NCBI GenBank assembly: GCA_947452455.1 | Contig: CANGBX010000011.1 | Span: 2,188 to 66,187 of the forward strand | Source: Beijerinckiaceae bacterium | GTDB taxonomy: Bacteria; Pseudomonadota; Alphaproteobacteria; Rhizobiales; Beijerinckiaceae | DNA length: 64,000 nucleotides | Reading direction: 5' to 3' | Part shown: positions 51,629 through 60,698 of the stretch, one piece after another | How positions within the stretch are numbered: position 1 is the first letter of the stretch | Layout of the letters: each line of letters opens with the position of its first letter | Program-made: the position numbers and the translations under genes | Notes under the pieces: generated by a model | Seen by the model: only the letters and a program-made list of their open reading frames with translations | Told to the model about the DNA's origin: nothing | The model's database searches: none

Positions 51629-51814
51629 CAGCTCCCCGCCTGCGGGGAGGGATCCGGTTTTCAGATACCCTACGGAGTGCTCAGGTCCGCCGCATCTCCT
51701 GGGTCCGTGGGGTCGGCCGGTCGGTGATGGCAAGGAGTGGCCTCCTCATGCCGTCGTCCCGACCGGCCACCAATTCAAAAGCCCCGGTTCGCATCCAGCG
51801 ACCGGGGCTTTTTT
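51629..51814 (+). ncRNA. ecpR1: EcpR1/SmelC291 (alpha-r7, suhB-like) small RNA homolog; 5' end approximate
   Basis: Stem-loop 51667-51713 exposing TCCGCCGCATCT (51686-51697), second long hairpin 51715-51768, terminator 51777-51814; lies between pleD and rpmG. Confidence 0.8.
51777..51814 (+). terminator. Intrinsic terminator of the sRNA (bidirectional shape)
   Basis: aaaagccccggt...accggggctttttt. Confidence 0.82.
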
Positions 51815-51829
51815 ATCGGTTGAAAAACG

Positions 51830-51856
51830 AAAAAAGCCGCCCGAAGGCGGCTCGTT
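51830..51856 (-). terminator. Intrinsic terminator after rpmG
   Basis: Minus strand agccgcc-ttcg-ggcggct followed by a T tract. Confidence 0.82.
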
Positions 51857-51876
51857 TCTTCAGAAACAGCAGGATC

Positions 51877-52044
51877 TTACTTGATCTTGGTTTCCTTGAA
51901 CTCGACATGCTTGCGCACGACGGGATCGTACTTCTTGAAAGTGAACTTCTCGGTCTTCGTACGTGCGTTCTTCGACGTCACGTAGAAAAAGCCGGTGTCG
52001 GCAGTCGACAGGAGCTTGATCTTGATATTGGCGGCCTTGGCCAT
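51877..52044 (-). CDS. rpmG: 50S ribosomal protein L33 (55 aa, absent from the ORF track)
   Basis: [55 protein letters not shown]. Confidence 0.98.
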   Translation of the reverse strand: MAKAANIKIKLLSTADTGFFYVTSKNARTKTEKFTFKKYDPVVRKHVEFKETKIK

Positions 52045-52143
52045 GGGTCTGATCCTGAAATAGCGGCCGTGGCCGGGAAAAGAGAGCGACCGGCACGCAG
52101 GCCGGTCGGATTGGGGCGCACCTTACGGATCGCCGTGGCGATG

Positions 52144-52863
52144 TCAAGATTGGGGTGGGCTATCCTCGGCCACATCCCAATTGAGCACATTGCCCTTCCG
52201 GGTGATCCGGTGGCGCATGCCCGAGAAACGTGGCAGGCGCCCCTCTTTGGCCAGAGCCTTGATCTTGGCCAGGCATTTCTCGCCCTGGTTCCAGTCGATT
52301 TCGGTGATGGCTGGCCGCAGATCGAAATCCCACCATTGGGAGGCCAGAATCCGGTCGCTGACCGCTTTGGGAAAGCGTCGTTTCAACAGTCGCGCCGGCG
52401 TGCCGCCGACAATCGTGTGGGGCTCGACATCGCGCGTCACAACTGCGCCTGCGCCAATAATGGCGCCATGGCCGATTGTGACGCCCCCTAAAATCATCGC
52501 GCGTGTACCAATCCAGACATCATGGCCGATGCGCACGGGTTTGGTATTGCGCACGCTCGGGTCAATCGTGGCATCGTCTGAAAAAACCTGACGATATGTG
52601 ATCGGGCTGGTGGTCAGGCGATCGAGGGGATGATCGGGCAGGCCGATGCGACATTCATTGCCAATGCTGCAATAGCGGCCGATCTGCGCATCCACGATGC
52701 GCGAGTCCTGCGCCACATAAGTGCAGGCACCGATTTGCGTGGCATAGAACGAGGTCGAGCCCATGGTGCGCACGGGCCGCTCATATTCAATCCATGTCGA
52801 AATCGTGGGCGCCTGTTCGCAGGCAAAACCGCGTTCGCGAAACCAGCCGATTAATTCGGTCAT
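52144..52863 (-). CDS. CatB/Vat-related hexapeptide-repeat O-acetyltransferase (start uncertain)
   Basis: [53 protein letters not shown]. Confidence 0.88.
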   Translation of the reverse strand: MTELIGWFRERGFACEQAPTISTWIEYERPVRTMGSTSFYATQIGACTYVAQDSRIVDAQIGRYCSIGNECRIGLPDHPLDRLTTSPITYRQVFSDDATIDPSVRNTKPVRIGHDVWIGTRAMILGGVTIGHGAIIGAGAVVTRDVEPHTIVGGTPARLLKRRFPKAVSDRILASQWWDFDLRPAITEIDWNQGEKCLAKIKALAKEGRLPRFSGMRHRITRKGNVLNWDVAEDSPPQS

Positions 52864-52964
52864 AACGAGCCACTCTAAAAACAATAAAAAAATCAAAATC
52901 AAATATGTGAGCAAGCTAGGACTAAGCCATAGAGCTGGCAAGTCGACTATCGGTCAGGCGCGTT

Positions 52965-53720
52965 TCAAATCAGCTCGCGTTGCCAAATGCCGCGGCGATC
53001 AAAATAAAGCGGGACAGGGAGCATGGGGCTCATACCCGCTTCCAGCCGTTGGCCGAGTTCCAGCAGGATCGTATGCGTGATCGAGGGCATGTCGAGCTTT
53101 TCCGCGCGCGACAGAGGCAACCAGACGAGATCAACCAACTCTTTGTCAGGGCCGATCATACCTTCGACTTTTCCCGCGATCGTCTCGGCGCCCACGGCGA
53201 AAAAGGCCGTGTCAAAGCGTCTCGGGCGTCCCGTCGGGGTTACAGCGCGAGCGATCAGATGCAGGCGATCCAGTTCGGGATAAAGGCTGTGGCTTGCATA
53301 TTCGGCCCAGGGGCCTTCCGGCGGGCTCTCAGGCGTTCCGTAATCGGGTGAGCCGATCAGCAGGCCCGTTTCCTCATAAGTCTCGCGGATGGCCGCCAGT
53401 GCCAAAGAGCGGGCGCTGGAGGAGGTGGCTTGGCGCGCGCGCTTCATGAGGCGCATTTCGACAAGCTCGTGCAAAGCACCGGCAACATTCATCTTGCGGT
53501 CTGATGGATCGACGCGCCCGCCCGGAAAGACATAACGGCCGGGCATGAAGACATGTGACTCGTTGCGCCGTCCCATCAAAACTTTCGGTTCGGCACCCGA
53601 GCCGTCGACAATGATCATGGTGGCGGCAGGCACGGGACGGATGGTTGGATGGCCAGAGCCCGGCGCCGCTTTGGCGCCAGCAAGGCCTGCAAAAGCAGGT
53701 TTGGCCGAAGCCTCGCTCAC
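52965..53720 (-). CDS. NUDIX hydrolase
   Basis: VLMGRR...FMPGRYVFPGGRVD, AAIRETYEETG, RRFDTAFF. Confidence 0.92.
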   Translation of the reverse strand: MSEASAKPAFAGLAGAKAAPGSGHPTIRPVPAATMIIVDGSGAEPKVLMGRRNESHVFMPGRYVFPGGRVDPSDRKMNVAGALHELVEMRLMKRARQATSSSARSLALAAIRETYEETGLLIGSPDYGTPESPPEGPWAEYASHSLYPELDRLHLIARAVTPTGRPRRFDTAFFAVGAETIAGKVEGMIGPDKELVDLVWLPLSRAEKLDMPSITHTILLELGQRLEAGMSPMLPVPLYFDRRGIWQRELI

Positions 53721-54139
53721 GCGGCAGCCTTGCTCTCGCGCGGCTGCACGGTTTCAAAACCATGCATGCGCAAAGCCCATTGATAGGCAACCAATGCGCC
53801 TTTGAAGCGCGGCAAAAGCCAAAACACGAGAAGCAAAGTCAGCACAGGCCAAAGCACCATATGGATGCGAATATCCAGCGCATCATTGCGCTCTTCGACA
53901 AACAGCATCAGCCCGCCGATCACATGGGCGACGACGAGAATGGTGAAATAGGGCGGCGCATCATCAGCGCGATGGTGGTGCAATTCTTCGCCGCAATGGG
54001 GGCAGCAATCGCTCACCTTCAAGAAACGGTAAAACATGTGGCCTTCGCCGCAAGCCGGACAGCGCATGCGAAAGCCTGTCTTGAGTGCAGCCCGCCAATC
54101 GCGCGGCGCGGTCTCGTTCTGTTTTACGGTATCCGTCAT
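53717..54139 (-). CDS. DUF983 family protein
   Basis: RCPACGEG.MF..FLK....CPHCG...RADDAPPY plus two TM helices. Confidence 0.88.
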   Translation of the reverse strand: MTDTVKQNETAPRDWRAALKTGFRMRCPACGEGHMFYRFLKVSDCCPHCGEELHHHRADDAPPYFTILVVAHVIGGLMLFVEERNDALDIRIHMVLWPVLTLLLVFWLLPRFKGALVAYQWALRMHGFETVQPRESKAAA

Positions 54140-54157
54140 GTTTAGCTCGAAATCTGT

Positions 54158-56461
54158 CTAGCGCTGCTTCTTACGCGACTTCAATGAGGCTTTCGCGCCC
54201 TTTTTGCGAGGTGACGGGGTGTCGCGCCCACTCTTTGCCTTTTTGCCAAAGCCCCCACCTCCGGGCCGTGCCTTGCCATCGCTCAGCATTTCGAAGCGCA
54301 AGGCGCCCGCAAAGGGTGCGGCCTCGACAAGCTTGACCTCGACGGGATCACCCAGCCGGAAGGTTTCGCCCGTGCGATTGCCGATCAGGGCGTGGAGCCC
54401 TTCCTCGTGGCGGAAGTAATCCGTGCCCAGAGTGGCAGCGGGGATGAAACCATCCGCGCCTGTCTCGGAGAGCTTTACGAAAAGCCCGGCCTTGGTGACG
54501 CCCGCAATGCGCCCTTGGAAAGAGGCGCCGATTTGTTCAGACAGCCAACCGGCAATGAGGCGGTCCGTGGTCTCGCGCTCGGCTGCCATGGCGCGCCGCT
54601 CGGAGGCGGAAATGCGCACGGCAATTTCAGCGAGTTCTCCACCTTCAAGATCGGGCAGTCCGTCGGGCCCAAGTTTCAACGCGCGGATCAAAGCGCGATG
54701 GACGATGAGATCGGCATAGCGGCGAATGGGAGAGGTGAAATGCGCATAGCGTTTGAGGTTCAAGCCGAAGTGGCCGTAATTCTCTGCGATATATTCAGCT
54801 TGCGCCTGCGTGCGTAAAACAATCTCGTTCACGACATGCTCATTATCCGTGCCCTTCACGCGGGCCAGAATGTCATTGAAATTGGATGTACGCAGCACTT
54901 GCCCCTTGGCAAGCTTGATGCCGATGGACGAGAGAAACTCGGACAGATTGGTGAGCTTTTCAGCCGAGGGTTCGTCATGCGCGCGGTAGATGAGCTGCTG
55001 TGACTTTTGTTCCAGCGTTTCAGCCGCCGCCACATTGGCGAGGATCATGAATTCTTCGATCAGGCGATGCGCATCAAGGCGCATCGGCACCATGATGCGA
55101 TCGACCGTGCCGTCTGCTTTGAGCAGAATCTTGCGCTCGGGCAAATCGAGATCAAGCGGGCTGCGCTTGGCGCGCTCTTGCTTGACGCATTCATAAGCGG
55201 CCCAGAGCGGCTTCAATACATTTTCGAGAAGCGGCTTGGTGAACTCGTCCACTTGACCATCAATGGCCGCCTGCGCCTGCGGATAAGCGAGCTTGGCGAC
55301 TGATCGCATCATGATGCGATGGAATGTGTGCTTCTTCTTCTGGCCATCGGCGCCGATGATCATGCGGACAGCAAGTGCGGGGCGATCTTCGAGCGCGCGC
55401 AGCGAGCACAGATCATTGGAAATACGCTCGGGCAACATGGGCACGACGCGATCTGGAAAATAGACCGAATTGCCGCGCTCCAGAGCCTCGCGATCCAGCG
55501 GGCGGCCGGGGCGCACATAGGCCGACACATCGGCAATCGCGACGGTGACGATAAAGCCGCCTTCGTTATTGGGATCATCATCGGCGCGCGCATGAACGGC
55601 GTCATCGTGGTCTTTCGCATCAGCTGGATCGATGGTGACAAGCTGCAATGCGCGCCAGTCTTCGCGATGGTCCATATTTGCCGGACGCGCGCTTTCGGCT
55701 TCAGCCAAAGTTTCTGGGCGAAAGGCATTGGGAATATTATGCGCGTGAATGGCAATCAGGCTGACGGCTTTTTCGCTGCGCAAAGAGCCGAGCTTTTCTT
55801 TGACGCGCGCGGCCGGCAGACCAAAGCGGCCCTCGCGGATGATTTCAACGGCAACAAGATCACCATCTTCCGCGTCTTTCTGCGCGCCGTCTGGCACCAT
55901 CAATTCGCGGTTCATATTTTTCTTTTCAACGGGGATCAGGCGTCCGCCACCTTGCGGCATGGTGCGGTAGATGCCGAGCACCTGCATTTTGGCGCGCGAC
56001 AAAAGCTTGATGACGCGCCCCGTATAGACTTGCAGTTTTTCTGTGCTCTCATCGGAAAGCTCGACCCGCACAAGGCCGCGATCTCCGACACCCGGCACCG
56101 GCTGACCAGGACGGGCTTTGCGCGGCGCGCTGATGAGAATGCGCGGCGCAGGGCCATTGTCTTCGTCCCATTCCACAGGTGTTGCAACGAGCTCGCCATC
56201 TCGGTCACGACCCGTCACATCAGCGAGCACGACATTGGGCAACATGCCAGACTTATGGAAACGCTTGCCGCGTTTCTCGACCGCACCTTCGGCCAGCAAT
56301 TCTTTCAAAATGGCTTTCAGACCGATCTTGTCGGCCCCGCGAATGCCAAATTCGCGCGCGACTTCGCGCTTGCCGATTTTGACGGGCTGTCCGCCTGCTG
56401 CTTCCCGTTCGCGCGCAATAAAGGCGAGGATCTCTGCGCGCGAGGGGAGGGGCTGTTTCAC
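54158..56461 (-). CDS. rnr: Ribonuclease R
   Basis: TIDPADAKDHDDA, YAHFTSPIRRYADL, C-terminal S1 domain. Confidence 0.97.
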   Translation of the reverse strand: MKQPLPSRAEILAFIAREREAAGGQPVKIGKREVAREFGIRGADKIGLKAILKELLAEGAVEKRGKRFHKSGMLPNVVLADVTGRDRDGELVATPVEWDEDNGPAPRILISAPRKARPGQPVPGVGDRGLVRVELSDESTEKLQVYTGRVIKLLSRAKMQVLGIYRTMPQGGGRLIPVEKKNMNRELMVPDGAQKDAEDGDLVAVEIIREGRFGLPAARVKEKLGSLRSEKAVSLIAIHAHNIPNAFRPETLAEAESARPANMDHREDWRALQLVTIDPADAKDHDDAVHARADDDPNNEGGFIVTVAIADVSAYVRPGRPLDREALERGNSVYFPDRVVPMLPERISNDLCSLRALEDRPALAVRMIIGADGQKKKHTFHRIMMRSVAKLAYPQAQAAIDGQVDEFTKPLLENVLKPLWAAYECVKQERAKRSPLDLDLPERKILLKADGTVDRIMVPMRLDAHRLIEEFMILANVAAAETLEQKSQQLIYRAHDEPSAEKLTNLSEFLSSIGIKLAKGQVLRTSNFNDILARVKGTDNEHVVNEIVLRTQAQAEYIAENYGHFGLNLKRYAHFTSPIRRYADLIVHRALIRALKLGPDGLPDLEGGELAEIAVRISASERRAMAAERETTDRLIAGWLSEQIGASFQGRIAGVTKAGLFVKLSETGADGFIPAATLGTDYFRHEEGLHALIGNRTGETFRLGDPVEVKLVEAAPFAGALRFEMLSDGKARPGGGGFGKKAKSGRDTPSPRKKGAKASLKSRKKQR

Positions 56462-59259
56462 GCCTTTTTCACGGCCTTCTTTTTGGCGGGCGCTTTTTTA
56501 GCTGCTGCTTTTTTCGCAGGGGCTTTTTTGGCCGCAGCTTTCTTTGCAGTTTTCTTGGGAGCTTTCTTGGCTGCTTTGCGTGCAGCACCCGGACCCGCCT
56601 TTTCCTCGATCAGCATCAACGCATCTTCGAGCGTGATGTCATCAGGTGATTGGCTTTTGGGAATGGTCGCATTGACCTTGCCCCAATTCACATAAGGTCC
56701 ATAGCGACCCGCGCGCACACTCACCGCGCCGCCTGCCGGATGAACGCCCAGCACTTTACCGCCGCCCGCATCACCGCCCGTGCCATTCTGTTTGGCTTCG
56801 ATCAGCGCGACCGCTTGTTCGAGTGTGAAACTATCGGGATCCGTGCCCTTGGGAATGGTCGCATTGATCTTGTTCCAGGCCACATAAGCGCCAAAACGAC
56901 CAGCCTTTACAGCAATCTTGCCGCCGGTCGGATGATCGCCCAATTCGCGGCCCGCAAATCGACCGCCACCGCCGCGCTGTTCTTTCGTGGTGATGAGATC
57001 AATGGCGCGATTGGCACCAACTTCGAGCACATCATCATCCTTGCCCAGATTGGCATAGGTTTTTTGATGTTGGACATAGGCTCCATAGCGGCCGATGCCA
57101 GCCAAAATCGGATCACCGGATGTCGGATGTTTGGCGACTTCGCGCGGCAACGACAAAAGGGCGAGCGCTTTTTCAAACGTCACTTCATCTGTCGAAAGTC
57201 CCTTCGGCAGCGAGGTCTTTTTGGAATCTTTTTCCTCGCCCAATTGCACATAGGGTCCGAAGCGGCCGTTGCGCACGGTGACTTCGAGATCGCTTGCCGG
57301 ATCACGCCCCAAAACTTTGACGCCCGGACGACCTGATGCATCGCCTTCACTATTGGGCGAGACGGCGCGCGTGAATTTGCACTCGGGATAATTGGTGCAG
57401 CCGACAAAGGCGCCAAATTTCGAGAGTTTCAGCGAGAGTTTTCCCGCGCCGCAAGCGGGGCAGGCACGCGGATCACCCACGCCTTCCTTTTCGGGGAAGA
57501 TATGCGGGGCCAAGAGATCATTCAGCGCATCGAGCACTTGCGTGGTGCGCAAATCTGCAGTGCCGGCAAGAGCCACAGAAAACTCCGCCCAGAATTCACG
57601 CAGCAATTGCTTCCAGTGAATGTCGTGGCTCGTGACTAGATCGAGCTTTTCTTCGAGCGCTGCGGTGAAATCATATTCCACATAGCGGGTGAAGAAGCTT
57701 TCCAGAAACGCGACAACCAAGCGGCCGCGGTCTTCTGGTACAAGGCGCTTCTTGTCGAGGCGCACATATTCGCGATCACGCAGCACAGCCAGTGTGGAGG
57801 CGTAAGTCGAAGGACGGCCGATACCGAGTTCTTCCATGCGCTTGACCAGAGTGGCTTCGGTAAAGCGCGGCGGCGGCTCGGTGAAATGTTGCACAGCTTC
57901 GATGCGCTCTTTGGTGAGAGCCTCGCCCTGAGCCATGGGTGGCAGACGATTGGCATCCTCATCATCATCGTCATCGCGGCCTTCTTGATAAAGCTTCAAG
58001 AAGCCATCGAATCGCACGACCTGTCCCGTTGCACGCAGATCAATCTGCTTGTAAGCGCCGCCATTCACGCTTGCTGCAATATCGACGCTGGTGCGCTCAA
58101 GTTCAGCCGATTCCATCTGGCTCGCAATGGTGCGCGTCCAGATGAGATCATAGAGTTTCGCCTGTTCGACATTTTCAGCGCTGCGATTGAATTCGCGCGG
58201 CAGGCGGCCGAGGTCGGTCGGGCGCACGGCTTCATGCGCTTCCTGCGCGTTCTTGGCCTTGGCTGAATATTTGCGCGGCACGCCGGGCAAATATTTGCCG
58301 CCGAATTCCTGCTCGATCACACGGCGCGCACCCGCAATGGCTTCGGGCGCCATATCGACGCCGTCGGTACGCATATAAGTGATGATGCCATCTTCATAGA
58401 GACGCTGCGCAATCTGCATGGTGCGCGCGGGCGCAAGACCAAGCTTGCGCGAGGCTTCCTGTTGCAGCGTGGAGGTGGTGAAGGGCGGGTAGGGGTGTCG
58501 CTTGGCGGGTTTGGATTCCACGCTCGTTACGTTGAAAGTCGCGTTTTCGAGTGCGGCTTTGAAGCTTTCTGCTTCCGCGCCTGTGCCAATGTCGAGGCGG
58601 TTGATCTTCTTGCCATCTGCCCCGATCAGGCGGGCTGAGAAGGATGCTGCTGCCTTGGTCTTCAGAAATGCTTCGAGTGACCAATATTCGCGGGCTTTGA
58701 ATTTTTCGATATCGAGTTCGCGCTCGCAAACAAGACGCAGCGCCACCGATTGGACGCGACCTGCTGATTTCGCGCCGGGCAATTTGCGCCACAGCACGGG
58801 CGAGAGTTTGAAGCCGACGAGATAATCGAGCGCACGGCGGGCGAGATAGGCATCGACGAGATCGGTGTCGATCTCGCGCGGCGCTTTCATCGCGTCCAGA
58901 ATGGCTGTCTTGGTGATGGCATTGAAGACGACACGCTGCACGCGCTTGTCTTTGAGAACTTTCTTGGCCTTCAGAATTTCCAGCACATGCCAGGAAATGG
59001 CTTCGCCCTCGCGATCCGGGTCGGTGGCGAGAATGACCGTATCGGCATCTTTGACCGCTGCGGCGATCTCGGACAGGCGCTTGGAGGCCTTGAAATCGAC
59101 CTCCCATTTCATCGCAAAATCATCATCGGGATCGACCGCGCCATCCTGCGAGGGAAGGTCGCGGACATGGCCGAAGGAGGCATAAACCTCATAGTTCGAG
59201 CCCAGATATTTGTTGATCGTCTTGGCCTTAGCGGGCGACTCGACGATGACGACGTCCAT
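56458..59259 (-). CDS. topA: DNA topoisomerase I with C-terminal repeats and a Lys/Ala-rich tail
   Basis: IVESPAKAK, ATDPDREGE, SAGRVQS, ITYMRTD, GIGRPSTY. Confidence 0.98.
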   Translation of the reverse strand: MDVVIVESPAKAKTINKYLGSNYEVYASFGHVRDLPSQDGAVDPDDDFAMKWEVDFKASKRLSEIAAAVKDADTVILATDPDREGEAISWHVLEILKAKKVLKDKRVQRVVFNAITKTAILDAMKAPREIDTDLVDAYLARRALDYLVGFKLSPVLWRKLPGAKSAGRVQSVALRLVCERELDIEKFKAREYWSLEAFLKTKAAASFSARLIGADGKKINRLDIGTGAEAESFKAALENATFNVTSVESKPAKRHPYPPFTTSTLQQEASRKLGLAPARTMQIAQRLYEDGIITYMRTDGVDMAPEAIAGARRVIEQEFGGKYLPGVPRKYSAKAKNAQEAHEAVRPTDLGRLPREFNRSAENVEQAKLYDLIWTRTIASQMESAELERTSVDIAASVNGGAYKQIDLRATGQVVRFDGFLKLYQEGRDDDDDEDANRLPPMAQGEALTKERIEAVQHFTEPPPRFTEATLVKRMEELGIGRPSTYASTLAVLRDREYVRLDKKRLVPEDRGRLVVAFLESFFTRYVEYDFTAALEEKLDLVTSHDIHWKQLLREFWAEFSVALAGTADLRTTQVLDALNDLLAPHIFPEKEGVGDPRACPACGAGKLSLKLSKFGAFVGCTNYPECKFTRAVSPNSEGDASGRPGVKVLGRDPASDLEVTVRNGRFGPYVQLGEEKDSKKTSLPKGLSTDEVTFEKALALLSLPREVAKHPTSGDPILAGIGRYGAYVQHQKTYANLGKDDDVLEVGANRAIDLITTKEQRGGGGRFAGRELGDHPTGGKIAVKAGRFGAYVAWNKINATIPKGTDPDSFTLEQAVALIEAKQNGTGGDAGGGKVLGVHPAGGAVSVRAGRYGPYVNWGKVNATIPKSQSPDDITLEDALMLIEEKAGPGAARKAAKKAPKKTAKKAAAKKAPAKKAAAKKAPAKKKAVKKA

Positions 59260-59349
59260 GGAAATATCCTGAAAATCAGTGGGTTATGCGGCCTGAGCGG
59301 GGTAGATGGAACCTCAAGCCGGGCCCGAAAGGGGCCTCGTTGGAGCCGA

Positions 59350-59378
59350 AACATGGTGGAGGGTTGGGGGCCTGTCAA
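59350..59378 (-). promoter_or_regulatory. Putative sigma70 promoter of topA
   Basis: Minus strand TTGACA-17 nt-CATGTT. Confidence 0.6.
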
Positions 59379-59746
59379 ATGGCTTGGCCCGAAAATGCGC
59401 CCAAACCCACCCCATGCTCCCCCCTAAGGGGGGAGCAAAATATTTTGTCTCATGCCGATGATCATCGCCGCGATCGGGGGGCTTTGGAGGGCTGATGGCC
59501 GTCGCGCGCTCATATGATCTGGCAGGTGAGCTTTGAACTTCCGGAACAGTTGGGCGATGCCAATCAGGCCAATCTGCTGCATGGCGGGCGGCATCGAATG
59601 CGCGACGCATTATATATATGTGACAGTGTTGCTATTCATATCGAAAGTCTTTGGAGCGACGAAACCGGCAATTTGCCACCTAAGTCTGTTGAGGGCAGGG
59701 GCTTGCGCTTGCCTTGACCCGCTTTTGCCCCCTATACAGGCAACTT

Positions 59747-60697
59747 ATGGCAGCCACGCGCGCAACGACCTCATTCCCCCACCGACATTTGCTCGGGATC
59801 GCGGGGCTTTCCCGTCCGGAAATCGAATATCTGCTCGATACGGCAGATGAGGCCGTCGAAGTCTCCCGACAGATCGAGAAAAAGCGCACGGTTCTGTCGG
59901 GCCGCACCCAGATCAATCTGTTCTTCGAAGCCTCGACCCGCACGCAATCGTCTTTCGAACTTGCAGGAAAGCGCCTTGGTGCGGATGTCATGAATATGGC
60001 GGTCGCCAATTCGAGCGTGAAGAAGGGCGAGACGCTGATCGACACGGCGGTGACGCTGAACGCGATGCGCCCCGATCTGATCATTGTGCGCCATCATTGT
60101 TCGGGCGCAGTCGAGCTTTTGTCGAAAAAAGTTTCCTGCTCGGTCGTCAATGCTGGCGATGGTTCACATGAACATCCGACCCAGGCTTTGCTCGATGCGC
60201 TGACCATTCGCCGCCGCAAGGGTAAGATCGAAGGTCTCACCATCGCGATCTGCGGCGACGTGGCTCATTCGCGCGTCGCGCGGTCGAATATGATTTTGCT
60301 GACACAGCTTGGTGCGCGTGTGCGCGTGGTGGCGCCATCCACTTTGCTGCCCGCCGGCATCGAGCGCATGGGCGTCGAAGTGTTCCGCGATTTCAACAAG
60401 GGTATCGCAGGCGCTGACATTGTCATGATGTTGCGCTTGCAGCGTGAGCGTATGGATGGCGCCTATGTGCCCTCGCTCAAAGAATATGCGCATTTCCATG
60501 GCCTGACCGAAGAGAAGCTTATAGCCATGGCGCCAGAAGCGCTGGTCATGCATCCGGGCCCGATCAATCGCGGCGTGGAAATTGACTCTTCCGTAGCTGA
60601 TGGTTCGCGCTCGCTGATCAACGAGCAGGTGGAAATGGGTGTGGCCGTGCGCATGGCTGTGCTTGAAGCGCTCTCCAAAAATCTGCCGAACGGGTGA
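59747..60697 (+). CDS. pyrB: Aspartate carbamoyltransferase catalytic subunit
   Basis: [41 protein letters not shown]. Confidence 0.97.
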   Translation: MAATRATTSFPHRHLLGIAGLSRPEIEYLLDTADEAVEVSRQIEKKRTVLSGRTQINLFFEASTRTQSSFELAGKRLGADVMNMAVANSSVKKGETLIDTAVTLNAMRPDLIIVRHHCSGAVELLSKKVSCSVVNAGDGSHEHPTQALLDALTIRRRKGKIEGLTIAICGDVAHSRVARSNMILLTQLGARVRVVAPSTLLPAGIERMGVEVFRDFNKGIAGADIVMMLRLQRERMDGAYVPSLKEYAHFHGLTEEKLIAMAPEALVMHPGPINRGVEIDSSVADGSRSLINEQVEMGVAVRMAVLEALSKNLPNG

Positions 60698-60698
60698 G

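Noticed and set aside
51600-51780. Region as RNase P RNA, 6S, tmRNA, retron msr-msd or TPP riboswitch
   Set aside because: The hallmark motifs are missing and there is no reverse transcriptase. The loop sequence and synteny fit EcpR1 better.
51595-52491. 298-aa plus-strand ORF spanning the sRNA and rpmG
   Set aside because: It crosses two terminators and is antisense to rpmG and the acetyltransferase gene, so it is not credible.
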